Below, piece after piece: positions 31,816 to 41,602 of a DNA stretch of 64,000 nt. A program made the translations under genes and the position numbers. Under the pieces are notes generated by a model. That model worked only from the letters and a program-made list of their open reading frames with translations, did not search any database and was not told where the DNA came from. Source of the stretch: a bacterium (GTDB lineage: Bacteria > UBA8248); NCBI GenBank assembly GCA_965200245.1, contig CBDATS010000004.1, forward strand, positions 704,001 to 768,000, in the 5' to 3' direction. The stretch's first letter is position 1. Each line of letters opens with the position of its first letter.

Positions 31816-32123
31816 CTCTGCTTCGGTCCAGTCAGGCGTTGCCACTCTACGACGTGCTGGCTCAAGAGACTCACGTCATCCGGCCAGAACTGATGGTGCC
31901 TGGTCTCGGTCACCTGGTGAAGACGGTCAGCAATCTCAAACAATGGCAACGCATTAGGGTAGCCTGGTTGTGACATGATTCCGAGACAACCGTTCTGCGT
32001 TATTGGACAAGGAACCCATCCATCCCTCAGATTGGAAGAGAGCCAGCGTATCGCGGATTCGTGCATCTTATGCTGTGCATCGAGCACCGCGATCAGGACA
32101 TTAACGTCGAGTAAAGCGTGCAC
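31816..32123 (-). pseudogene. vapC: VapC (PIN) toxin, 3'-truncated
   Basis: ALLDVNVLIA..D..H..H; CPITQNG; FWPDDVSL; ends at GPKQ before the conserved TDxYL motif. Confidence 0.8.
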
Positions 32124-32260
32124 TTAATCCCCAAACCTTTCGCGCAAACGATCAATCAATTCGTTGGTAACGACTCCGCCACGCTTCGGAAAAGGTCGAA
32201 TGCCGCTCAACATGTCTTCTTCCGGTTCTTCATCTATTGAAGGTATAACGACAACCTCTG
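32124..32260 (-). pseudogene. VapB/CopG antitoxin C-terminal remnant
   Basis: GIRPFPKRGGVVTNELIDRLRERFGD* immediately before vapC. Confidence 0.7.
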
Positions 32261-32479
32261 TGGAGAGTATCTGGGTCGGAATCACAGGGACCGTTTCACG
32301 GCCCCGCTGCCGGACGGACTCGCTTTGCCAGTCGAGGGTATCGGGAAGATGTTGCAGGGTGCGTCGTCCGTGTTGCCCGGATTACAACAGGTGAAGCAGT
32401 GGAAACTCAACGGAAGGCCAGGTAAATGCCCACAAGGACGGCCACATAAGAACGGGAAATCCTGCCCCGGAACGCAGGA

Positions 32480-32645
32480 AAGAGATCGCGCTCTCGCCGA
32501 ACGGTGCAGCGCATTCTCGAAGCGTCCTGATAATCACATCCACTTGATCCCGCTTTACTTCGGCCACCACAATTTCTGCCGGATTCACAGGAGTATGCGG
32601 GTGAGGCCAACAATGGCCGCTGGAATGGATTCCCAGCTTCGCGAT
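32480..32645 (+). pseudogene. IS1-family transposase C-terminal remnant
   Basis: AFSKRPDNHIHLIPLYFGHHNFCRIHRSMRVRPTMAAG. Confidence 0.7.
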
Positions 32646-32750
32646 GACGTGATCGCCGACGTGAGGTTCATTGATGGGGTGAGCGAAAACGAAACGGGCA
32701 GGGAGGCCACCGGACTCAGGACGGCCGTACGCCAGATTTGACAGTAACTC
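32646..32750 (+). mobile_element. Isolated IS256 end (about 105 bp), inverted copy of 1183-1287
   Basis: Near-identical reverse complement of the left end of the IS256 copy, ending ...GATTTGACAGTAACTC. Confidence 0.9.
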
Positions 32751-32810
32751 CCGCAATAGTATGAGACGTATTTGGTGTTTCCGGTAATATCGGAGGGATG
32801 CTGCAGGAGG

Positions 32811-33233
32811 TTATAACCTTTCCAGCACCTTTGCGAGCGCAGTATTGGACTTATCCAGCCCTTCCATGGTCTTCGCAAGCGCACCGTTCGACTTGTCCAG
32901 CCCTTCCATGGTCTTGTCCATACCTTCGATGGCCTTCGAGAGCGCGGCATTTGAGTTGGCCAGCGCTTCATTTATCCTGTCACTCGCCACTGCGCGTTCC
33001 CTGTTCGCTTTCATCATGGCGTAGATGCCATATCCGATAACCGAGGGGGTCAGTAAACCCGTAAACAGACTCACAGCCAAGCTTACAACTTCAGCTATTT
33101 CCATCGGTTCAAATTCTATCTCTATCATTGTTTCCTCTTGCAGGTATCTCATCGCACGATACGTTTTTCTTATTGTAACAGAAAATGACTCACGAGCCAT
33201 CCATTCCTTGGCAGCATCAAGCAGTTCATCCAT
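32811..33233 (-). CDS. Small TM + coiled-coil repeat protein
   Basis: TM segment, then repeated KTMEGLDKSNxALAK; DNA tandem repeat at about 32830-32920. Confidence 0.65.
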   Translation of the reverse strand: MDELLDAAKEWMARESFSVTIRKTYRAMRYLQEETMIEIEFEPMEIAEVVSLAVSLFTGLLTPSVIGYGIYAMMKANRERAVASDRINEALANSNAALSKAIEGMDKTMEGLDKSNGALAKTMEGLDKSNTALAKVLERL

Positions 33234-34192
33234 GCCCGCCTTTTGCGCCCCTGTCTCCCGACATGTTCCATGACGGCATCTTCGCGGCCTGCGCTCTCCC
33301 CGGTTTTCTCCTGGTGGTCTTTCAGGTTATCAGGAAGGCTTCTGTGATTTGCTCCCGGATGGATTGTTTCTCCTGAAACAGTGTGATGTTGCATTCAGGA
33401 GTTCTGGAGAGAGAAATCAAGGAGAGACTGAAGAAAAGTCAACTCGAAGGGAATATGGATATGCCCCTCAGGAATCTGCTCGACACTCCGAAGCCGGATA
33501 CATTGCCCCTGCCCACCAGGGAAGGTCTGGAACGCAGCTTCAGGACGGGGTTCGACGATGGCAAGCCTGTTTTTCGGGGAGGCAGACCAGGGTTTGGCAG
33601 CTTCCCTGTGTAAATCCCACAATATAAGCGTTGGTCCTAATTGAGGAGTCCAAGTTGATGTCAGTCTTGCAAGCTTTATGCGTCCTCGGGGCTTTCCCAT
33701 GTCTCAATGTAATGCAGTAAATAATTGCCTGCAACATTGTCCAATTAGCACCTCAAAAAATGTTAATCTAGACTAAAGACTCCTGTGCCAGATCAAATGA
33801 GATACCGGATTCGTCCGGTAGGAGAGAAATGTCTTTGAACCCTGGAACTATCCCGAACTCAGGTCGTTTTAGATGTTGTCTCCGATGAGAGCGGCAGATG
33901 CTTTCGCAGGCGACATGGGCATACTGGTGGCGTTTTCCACTTGCGTATCACCAAAAGACATCCGATCATGATGAGTTGTTGTCGAGCGCCTACGCCATGC
34001 TGGCATACGAACGTCTCAGATAATGGTCAATGAGAGATCGCCATACTCTCATGCTTTACTGCCGATGCTCTGAAGCCAATACAACTTCGGATTCGGCCTT
34101 GCGTATCATGACAAAGAACATCGGATAAACTGGGTGGTCAGCGTTGCGCCCGATCAGGCTTGCGTGGACGTTTTGTGCCGCATCTAGCTATT

Positions 34193-34738
34193 TTAACAAG
34201 TGATGGCTTCGATGGAACTGTCACTGACTAGGAAAGCCCGGGAAAACGATGCTGTGGGGATCAATCCAATATGAGCAGCTTCAATTAGTGGAATGATTGT
34301 ATGACGATAGGCCTCTTCTTTTTCCCAACGTGCCAATAGTTCACCACCAGAGAGCAAACAGTTCTTCACTGTTTCTCTGTCAATCTCGATCCATACGGCA
34401 GATCCCCAAGCTGATCTAAAGGGAACAAATTCACGCCAAGTGCTCAAGGGATATTTCTCGTCGTAGCCATATTGATCAAAATCATTGAAATCGAAAAGAC
34501 TCACGCCGCCCAGGTTGCGCGCATATCGGTGGTATTCGGGACCACTTGACGTCTTCCATCGATCCGATTCTGGAATATCGGGTTCAGGTAGTATAGCCCC
34601 GTCCTCAAGTATCGAAACAAAGCGATCCGGGTGTGTGGTATGCCATAGGTGGCCGACAAGAACATCCAATACTTGCTTGCGGTAATCCTCGGTAATTCGT
34701 TGTCTGTTCGAGGTGTCATTCATAAAACCCGTCCTCAT
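34193..34738 (-). CDS. Hypothetical protein, possible ADP-ribosyltransferase-like fold
   Basis: LWHTT...ILEDGAILP...GVSLF...WIEID...IEAAH pattern. Confidence 0.55.
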   Translation of the reverse strand: MRTGFMNDTSNRQRITEDYRKQVLDVLVGHLWHTTHPDRFVSILEDGAILPEPDIPESDRWKTSSGPEYHRYARNLGGVSLFDFNDFDQYGYDEKYPLSTWREFVPFRSAWGSAVWIEIDRETVKNCLLSGGELLARWEKEEAYRHTIIPLIEAAHIGLIPTASFSRAFLVSDSSIEAITC

Positions 34739-35142
34739 AATCTTGTCTTCATCAATATGGGTAGCTTTACTTGGCTAAATCATCCGGATCGGGGAAACCG
34801 ATTATGGATTGTCGCTCCCCATATTTGCCCGCCCGAGTCGATTATTTTCCGATTTGCACGGCAATTCCGGTGCGACTTGAAAATTCACGCAATAATGGAA
34901 CCGATATACCCGATACTCCACCATGGTACCGGAAATCTGGCATTGGATTGCAATAAAACTCGCAAGGCCGATCAAATCTTAGCAAAAGCCCTCGCTCAAG
35001 AGACACCTTGAACTGCGAGGCATCGAATTGGAAAAATGATATCCAGTCATGAGCGTATCTGGAATGAACCTGAAACGGCAGGCGCAGAAAACCGAACAAC
35101 CGGTATGACAAGGGGTGCATCCACCCAACACTTGCCGCATCG

Positions 35143-36228
35143 TCACGAGCGCTCGGACAGAAGTGCCAAGAGCGGCAGGTTGATGTAGAGGTTCTCGCGC
35201 CCCACCTTAATCTCCTCCAGGAGGCCTTCGGCTACGAGAGCTTTCAGGTAGACGGCAGCCGTCTGGCGCCTGGCGATGCCCGCCTCGACCACATCGCCGA
35301 TCCGGCAGCAGGGATTTACGAAGATCAGTTCCACCAGTTCACGGGAATGGATTTTCGGCATCTTCTGTCGAACTGCAGTGGTTGTTTCGTCGAGAAGTTC
35401 CCGGATCGCGTGGACTTTCGAAGAGGTCCATTCCGCGGTGGCCCTGACGGCATCGAGCATGAAAAGTATCCACGTTTCCCATTCCTGTCGGGTCGTCACT
35501 TCAAGCAGATACCGGTAATACACCGCCCTGTTCCGGGTGATGTGCCGACTGAGATAGAGGACAGGAATGTCCAGCAGGCCCTTATCGACAAGATAGAGGA
35601 GGTTCAGCACGCGACCGGTCCGGCCGTTTCCGTCGACAAACGGATGGATCGCCTCGAATTGATAATGCATGACCGCGAGGCGGATCAGGGGGTCGACCTC
35701 CTCGGTCTCGTGAATGTAGCGTTCCCAATTGGACAGCTTGTTCCGGAGAATGTCCTCTCCTTCCGGTGGCGTGTAGACGACCTCGTCGGTTGCTTCATTC
35801 ATCAACGCCGTTCCCGGCGTTTTACGAATATCCAGATCCACGCCCTTGATCGTTCGACAGACCTCGACCGCGATGGCGGTCGAAACCGGCCGCCGTTTCA
35901 GCATCTCGAAGCCACGGGACAGGGCGGTGTGGCAGCGCAGGGCCTCTTTGGTGGCAGGGTCCGCTCGACCTACTGTGTCGTTGGCGTAACAAAACAGCCG
36001 GCCCGTCGTCGTGACGATGTTTTCAATCTCGGAACTCGCCTGAGCCTCGAGCAGGGGGATCGAGTTGAGCAGCATCGCCTGGTTCTGGATGAATTTCCCG
36101 GAGATCCGGAGCTCTGCCAGTGCTGTGCGCGCGGCAATGCAACTGCGAAGAATGACCCTTGTCTCGGTTTCCGAAGTCGGTGGAAGGTCTGGAAGGTTAT
36201 TGAAGGGACGGCCGGGCTCGAAGGTCAT
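35143..36228 (-). CDS. Fic family adenylyltransferase (class II, SoFic-like)
   Basis: HPFVDGNGRTGR Fic motif; inhibitory SSEIEN motif; C-terminal wHTH. Confidence 0.93.
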   Translation of the reverse strand: MTFEPGRPFNNLPDLPPTSETETRVILRSCIAARTALAELRISGKFIQNQAMLLNSIPLLEAQASSEIENIVTTTGRLFCYANDTVGRADPATKEALRCHTALSRGFEMLKRRPVSTAIAVEVCRTIKGVDLDIRKTPGTALMNEATDEVVYTPPEGEDILRNKLSNWERYIHETEEVDPLIRLAVMHYQFEAIHPFVDGNGRTGRVLNLLYLVDKGLLDIPVLYLSRHITRNRAVYYRYLLEVTTRQEWETWILFMLDAVRATAEWTSSKVHAIRELLDETTTAVRQKMPKIHSRELVELIFVNPCCRIGDVVEAGIARRQTAAVYLKALVAEGLLEEIKVGRENLYINLPLLALLSERS

Positions 36229-36325
36229 GTCGATGTATCCTGTTCATGCTGGCACATTCACCGAACGAGTCGATTCCATCGACATGTTGCTCCAACGTGT
36301 CGATGAAATAAGGATATATCGACAT
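36227..36325. promoter_or_regulatory. Cluster of ATCGAC/GTCGAT half-sites upstream of fic (putative operator)
   Basis: Sites at 36227, 36267, 36278, 36297, 36318; ATCGACATGTTG-CTC-CAACGTGTCGAT palindrome at 36278-36304. Confidence 0.6.
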
Positions 36326-36922
36326 ATTATGTCCTGGCAAGCAGCATATAGGCCAACAATACCGCACACTGTCGCCCGGGCACTCCACACTGTACTATGG
36401 CCCAAGGAAGGGGACGTCGAAGGCGCGTGCCGACCGGAGAGTTCAAAAGCCCGGATCGTTGCCGTCAATCGCGACAGGATCAAGATATTCTGGCAGATGG
36501 CAGGTTGTGGACTTCCAGTCTTCCCTGAAAACCGGAAGGGTTCATACGAATTATATCGAGACTTCGATCAAATGTCGGTCTCGGGGGTTGCGTATCCCTG
36601 TCACCAATCCAGGGCATTAAAAAAACGACGTTTTTGATGGTTTTCTGTGCCTAACCAACCTCAATTTTCCGAACCGGCAAACGATTGGCAGACATCAGGA
36701 ATCGAAGTTGTACGCATTCGTTCGCATGTCCGATCAAGGATTCTGCCGATGCCATTATCTCCTGAGCACCGCGTCGCAAATGCGGTCACCGCCCTAGATG
36801 AGCTTTGGGAGAACCGGATCACGGCTGCGGGCAAAGGCCTGAAACCCTGGTTCGTTCTCGCCGGTCCGGCACACAAATGGTCCTGCCGGAGAAGATCGGG
36901 AAAGAATAGGGAGATTGAGAGG

Positions 36923-37519
36923 CTAGCCCTGTGCCCACTTGCGCAGAATATCAATAAAACGTCTCGCATGGGGAGATGCTTCCATGACTTTTTCCGGTGC
37001 TGTTTTCGCCAAAATCTCGTAGCTGTGCGCTCCCTTGGCATAAGTACCTTTCCGGGTATCGCGAGTAGCATTTCGAGGGTGGTTCAAAACATAATCTTTG
37101 GCAATTTGCTCGATCCGTGGGTTTCGTGGCGGCGCACTATCCCGGTAGCCTTGACCGAAGAATTCCATCAAAGCATCCCGATCAGCCAGAAACCAGGACT
37201 CCATGCTCTGGACCATGAGATGGCATTGCTCATCTGTCGCATTTTCGGGGCTGGACCACTCATCGGGAGCCTGTCGGAAATGTTGCCATGCTCCGGGTGT
37301 CTCCACTGGCCTTTCGGCGTCCACGAGAAGCATAGCGTTTCCACTTTGATGGGCGGTCACGAATTCTTCGAGTGCTCTCTTGCGGGTGCCACTGGCCACG
37401 ATGCGAGGCATCATTTCACCCAACCCCGCTTTTTCGATGAAAGTTCGGAAACCTTTGCGGCATTCTCTCCTAAGTGACCTGCTGTTACCCCCACCCTCTA
37501 CATAGAGATGGATGTTCAA
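36923..37519 (-). CDS. DUF4276 family (TOPRIM-like) protein
   Basis: TTG start overlapping the ATPase stop; LYVEGGG, LLVDAE, LMVQSMESWFLAD. Confidence 0.85.
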   Translation of the reverse strand: MNIHLYVEGGGNSRSLRRECRKGFRTFIEKAGLGEMMPRIVASGTRKRALEEFVTAHQSGNAMLLVDAERPVETPGAWQHFRQAPDEWSSPENATDEQCHLMVQSMESWFLADRDALMEFFGQGYRDSAPPRNPRIEQIAKDYVLNHPRNATRDTRKGTYAKGAHSYEILAKTAPEKVMEASPHARRFIDILRKWAQG

Positions 37520-38721
37520 AACCGGTTCCCTCCGATCTCTCCTGCTGTCCAAAGCTCTCCGAGCCGGTACCTTTCGAGCCAGGGCTCAAGATCGGATTTG
37601 TCGAGGCGGCGAAGTTGCGTCGAACCCTCGGGCTTCTCGCAGACCACGATGGACTCGGGTGTTTCCGTGAGCGTATCCACGAGAACGTCCGAGTGCGTTG
37701 TAACGAAAATCTGGCTGCGCGAAGATGCCTCGACCAGAAGCTTCGCCACCTCCGGGATTATGTCGGGGTGGAGGCCGATCTCAGGTTCCTCGATACAGAT
37801 AGCCGGTGGTGGGTCGGGATGACAGAGCACGGCGAGCAGGCATAGATAGCGGAGGCTTCCGTCAGAGAGCCGCTTTGCAGGTACGGGGTGTTGCAGGCCT
37901 TCTTCATGGAAGAAGATCTGCACCCCGTTACCGGTTATATTGATAACTATATCCTCGACGGATTGGTAAAAGGTTCTCAATCGCTCGAGTATCTGACGTT
38001 TGAGAGGAGGGCGGTTCATCAAATCGTTTAGCACCAAACCAAGGTTCGAGGCGTCCTCTCGCAAGCTGTCCTGTGGAAGGTCTACCTCCTGACGAAGACG
38101 GGGCCCCGTACGACGTCCCAGGGTCCATTCTCGATAAAAGCACATCCGCTCGAATGTATTGGCCAGATACGTCAATTCCGGATAGGAGTCAGGGTCTCGG
38201 CGCTGCGACAGGATCGACTGATCGGGTTTCACGTCTTCTTGCCTGAGGCCCCGATCAAATCGGGATTCCCTTACAGTTTCATTATTGAGAACATTGAGCA
38301 CCGGACGGCCTTCCCGATAGTCATAGTAGAGATATGGTTTCTCATTACCTCCCGTCGGTTCCTCATTCTCTATGGCCTCATCTCTCAGATCGAAACGCGA
38401 CCCGGTTTCCGTGAACGACAGCCGATATTTGAGCGGTTGATGTCCCTTGGGATATTCGACGGTAACTTCCAATGTTGCTTTGCCTGGTTCGTGAGTTCCC
38501 TTCCAGAGCCAGTCACGGACGCCTCCCCCTTCCCGAATCGGTTTTTGAATATCCCCGGGCGCAGCTTCCAGAAGTGACAGCGCTTCGATCAAGTTCGATT
38601 TTCCAGAAGCGTGCGGACCGATGAGAACATTCAAAGGCTCCAGAGAAAACTCTTCGCTCGCGAGGCCATAGGAAAGAATGTGGTCCAGACGAATCGTCCG
38701 AATGAACCTTTTGCCATCCAT
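37516..38721 (-). CDS. AAA_21/ABC ATPase
   Basis: GPHASGKS, LSDGSLR, IEEPEIGLHP, TTHS, LGELW. Confidence 0.9.
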   Translation of the reverse strand: MDGKRFIRTIRLDHILSYGLASEEFSLEPLNVLIGPHASGKSNLIEALSLLEAAPGDIQKPIREGGGVRDWLWKGTHEPGKATLEVTVEYPKGHQPLKYRLSFTETGSRFDLRDEAIENEEPTGGNEKPYLYYDYREGRPVLNVLNNETVRESRFDRGLRQEDVKPDQSILSQRRDPDSYPELTYLANTFERMCFYREWTLGRRTGPRLRQEVDLPQDSLREDASNLGLVLNDLMNRPPLKRQILERLRTFYQSVEDIVINITGNGVQIFFHEEGLQHPVPAKRLSDGSLRYLCLLAVLCHPDPPPAICIEEPEIGLHPDIIPEVAKLLVEASSRSQIFVTTHSDVLVDTLTETPESIVVCEKPEGSTQLRRLDKSDLEPWLERYRLGELWTAGEIGGNRF

Positions 38722-38914
38722 GGTCTAGCCTCCCCGAGGTCGTCCTGGCTGAATCCTGTGTTTTCACAGAACCACGAGAACATATGCGAACATATGGAAA
38801 ACATTTAAGAGAGAGGTGTGTCACGCCACCCACCGCCCATCGCGGTTAAGCCGTCACCGTCGCCGCCCGCCAAACCAAAGAACAGGAAAAAAGATGAAAC
38901 AAGGGGAGTATTTC

Positions 38915-38968
38915 GCAAAGATGGAAAAATGACTACTCGGGTGAATGATTACCCCTTTGTTTTTGATG
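38915..38968 (+). repeat. Diverged direct repeat, copy 1 (copy 2 at 45882-45935)
   Basis: 46/54 identity by manual alignment, ending CCCCTTTGTTTTTGATG. Confidence 0.8.
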
Positions 38969-39665
38969 GAATCAAAAATGGTCTATAAGGCACGGGGACA
39001 GAAGTCCTCTTATTAAAACCCCTTACCTGAGGGTGGTTTTCGTATATGCGTTTTCAAGAAGATGAACAAAACCTCCACAGACATATCCATGGGTGAGCTA
39101 CTGAGATGAAGCATCGAGACCTAGCGTACGGCGTCACGGGGGGAGCGGGCGTTGCTTATGAATGGATGTGCCGGGTGATCCCGGCTTCGTGGAAGCATTG
39201 ATGCGGGAACGCCCTGCGCGACTCGGGGCGGCGGATTGGGTATTGCGTTTCATGGAAAAGTCACCCTTTGGCCCGGCCTTCTGTCGGAAACTCAAGGCGT
39301 TTCCAGAGGTGAGCGCTACCAAGGCCTGGGTACAGGGCGAGGAAGTGATGGCAACCCATCCTTCGGGAAGCGTTTTCACCGGGGTTCCTCTCCTTACCTC
39401 AGGATGATCGATCGAGTCCGCGCCTGGATAGCAGCCAGTTCTATCAGGAAAATGAGATTTTTGGGCTGACAAAGAGTTTATGGCGATACTTACAGAAACT
39501 TGAAATTGTTGCTATCTTCCATAATCTGGAAGGTTTTATTACGAATTTTGGAATTCCCGGTTATCATTGATTCCTGCAAAGGATGTTGTGAAGATGGGGG
39601 TGTAACTATCACCATCCCTGATTCAGCATTATCAGACAGGGAAAGAATATTTGAGGGGCACGGCG

Positions 39666-41075
39666 ATGCTCGAGAGGCTGCGCATACAAAATTTCAAGGG
39701 CTGGAAGGACACCGGATCCATCCGCTTGGCTCCCATCTCCCTGTTCTTCGGGGCAAACAGTTCCGGGAAGTCCAGTATCGGCCAGTTCCTGATGATGTTG
39801 AAACAGACCGTTGAATCGCCGGATCGAAAAGCCGTTTTCTGCCCGGGCGGCAGGAATTCCGCCGTTCAACTGGGTTCCTATCAAGAGATGGTGTTCCAGC
39901 GTGATCCCAAAAACCCGATCACCTTTGAATATCAGTGGTCACTACCAGAAACCCTAGAATTTAAAGATCCAATATCAGGTCAACTTTATTCTGGTGGCAC
40001 TCTGACTTTCGAGGCAAAAGTCGGGCATGATGAGAACAATCAACATGCACCGGCGCTCAAGCATCTGAACTACGACATTCTGAAAGGTGATAAACCTGCG
40101 CTCTCCATTTCAATGAATCGAAAGTTCGGCTCGAAGAAATCAGAATATAAAGTCGATGCTGGCGAATATCCCTTGAAACGCGTGCAGGGTCGACCTTGGC
40201 ATCTAGACGCTCCTGTGCGCTTTTACGGATTCCCGGACGAGGTTGTGGCCGCTCACCAAAACGCCGCCTTTGTGCAGACACTCAACTTTCAGCACGAGAA
40301 ACTGTTTCGGTCGATTTCATACCTTGGACCGCTTCGCACGAAGGCGGAACGTTCATATTCATGGTCGGGTATAGGACCTGAAAACGTAGGTTATTACGGT
40401 GACAACACCATGGCAGCGATACTGGCGGCCCGTAACAGAAAAATCAGTCTTGGATACAGACAACGAGGAAGTTCACTTGAGGAGATCATTGCGCTGGAAC
40501 TCAAGGGGATGGGGCTTATTGAAGAGTTCACGGTACGAACGATTTCCGAGCAGAGACAGGAGCACGAGGTCAAGGTGCGGGCCAGGGGATCGAAAAATTG
40601 TGTAGACCTTCCGGATGTCGGGTTTGGAGTATCGCAAGTGTTACCCGTCTTGGTTCAGTGCTTCTATGCTCCACCCGGGTCGATCATTCTCATGGAGCAA
40701 CCTGAGATTCACCTCCACCCGAGTGCCCAGTCCGCCTTGGCGGATGTAATGATCGACGTAATCAACTCCCGCGAAAACGGAGCCGACAGGGATGTTCAGT
40801 TGATCATAGAAACCCACTCGGAACATTTTCTGCGCCGGCTGCAACGGCGAATTGCCGAGCGTGCCGTTCCAGAAGAAAAAGTCTCTGCATACTTCGCCAA
40901 TATCATCAAGACTCCTGCAACGCTCGATACACTTGAAATTGACTCGTACGGCAACATTCGGAACTGGCCGGAGAATTTTTTTGGCGACGAGATGGAAGAC
41001 ATCATTGAACAAACCAAGGCTGCCATGAAGAAACGGATGGAAGAAAGCATGGAACAACCGGAGGCATCCGGGTGA
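39666..41075 (+). CDS. ABC/AAA ATPase with C-terminal DUF3696
   Basis: GANSSGKSS, YLGPLR, DVGFGVSQVLPVL, MEQPEIHLHP, ETHSEH, IDSYGNIRNWPENFF. Confidence 0.9.
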   Translation: MLERLRIQNFKGWKDTGSIRLAPISLFFGANSSGKSSIGQFLMMLKQTVESPDRKAVFCPGGRNSAVQLGSYQEMVFQRDPKNPITFEYQWSLPETLEFKDPISGQLYSGGTLTFEAKVGHDENNQHAPALKHLNYDILKGDKPALSISMNRKFGSKKSEYKVDAGEYPLKRVQGRPWHLDAPVRFYGFPDEVVAAHQNAAFVQTLNFQHEKLFRSISYLGPLRTKAERSYSWSGIGPENVGYYGDNTMAAILAARNRKISLGYRQRGSSLEEIIALELKGMGLIEEFTVRTISEQRQEHEVKVRARGSKNCVDLPDVGFGVSQVLPVLVQCFYAPPGSIILMEQPEIHLHPSAQSALADVMIDVINSRENGADRDVQLIIETHSEHFLRRLQRRIAERAVPEEKVSAYFANIIKTPATLDTLEIDSYGNIRNWPENFFGDEMEDIIEQTKAAMKKRMEESMEQPEASG

Positions 41076-41602
41076 ATTTTCCAGAGAAATGCGTGGTCGA
41101 CACAAGTGTGCCGAAGGTTGCCAATCTTGCTACTCAACCCGACCCCGAGTCAGATGTCCCTTGCACATGTGTGCGCAAATGTATCAAAGCAATTGAGCAC
41201 GTCAAAAAAGAGTATGCGTTAGTCATCGACGCTGGGGATGATATCTTCGCTGAATATCTGAGACAGCTTTCTATGAGCGGGCAGCACAGTTTGGGTAACG
41301 CATTCATGAAATGGGTTCACGACAACCGTTTTCGACTGCCTGATGACAGCCGGGTATGTATTACAAGGAACGGTGACTCATACGACGAGTTCCCACTCCA
41401 TAAGGGCCTGGACAATTTTGATCGCTCTGATCGCAAGTTCGTTGCTGTCGCAAATGCGCACTCCGAAAAGCCTCCTGTATTGCAGGCGACTGACAGCAAG
41501 TGGTGGGGGTGGAAAAAGCCTCTGGCGGAAGTCGGCATCAAGGTTCTTTTCCTGTGCCCTGAATATGCCGAAGCCAAATATGAGAAGAAGATGGGAATGT
41601 GA
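41072..41602 (+). CDS. PIN-like domain protein
   Basis: VVDTSV..VAN, IFAEY, DRSDRKFVAVA, ATDSKW acidic residues; GTGA overlap with ATPase. Confidence 0.75.
   Translation: MNFPEKCVVDTSVPKVANLATQPDPESDVPCTCVRKCIKAIEHVKKEYALVIDAGDDIFAEYLRQLSMSGQHSLGNAFMKWVHDNRFRLPDDSRVCITRNGDSYDEFPLHKGLDNFDRSDRKFVAVANAHSEKPPVLQATDSKWWGWKKPLAEVGIKVLFLCPEYAEAKYEKKMGM

Noticed and set aside
1183-32750. Composite transposon bounded by the two inverted IS256 ends
   Set aside because: Outer flanks (AACATCCC versus CCGCAATA) give no target duplication, and the right copy is only about 105 bp
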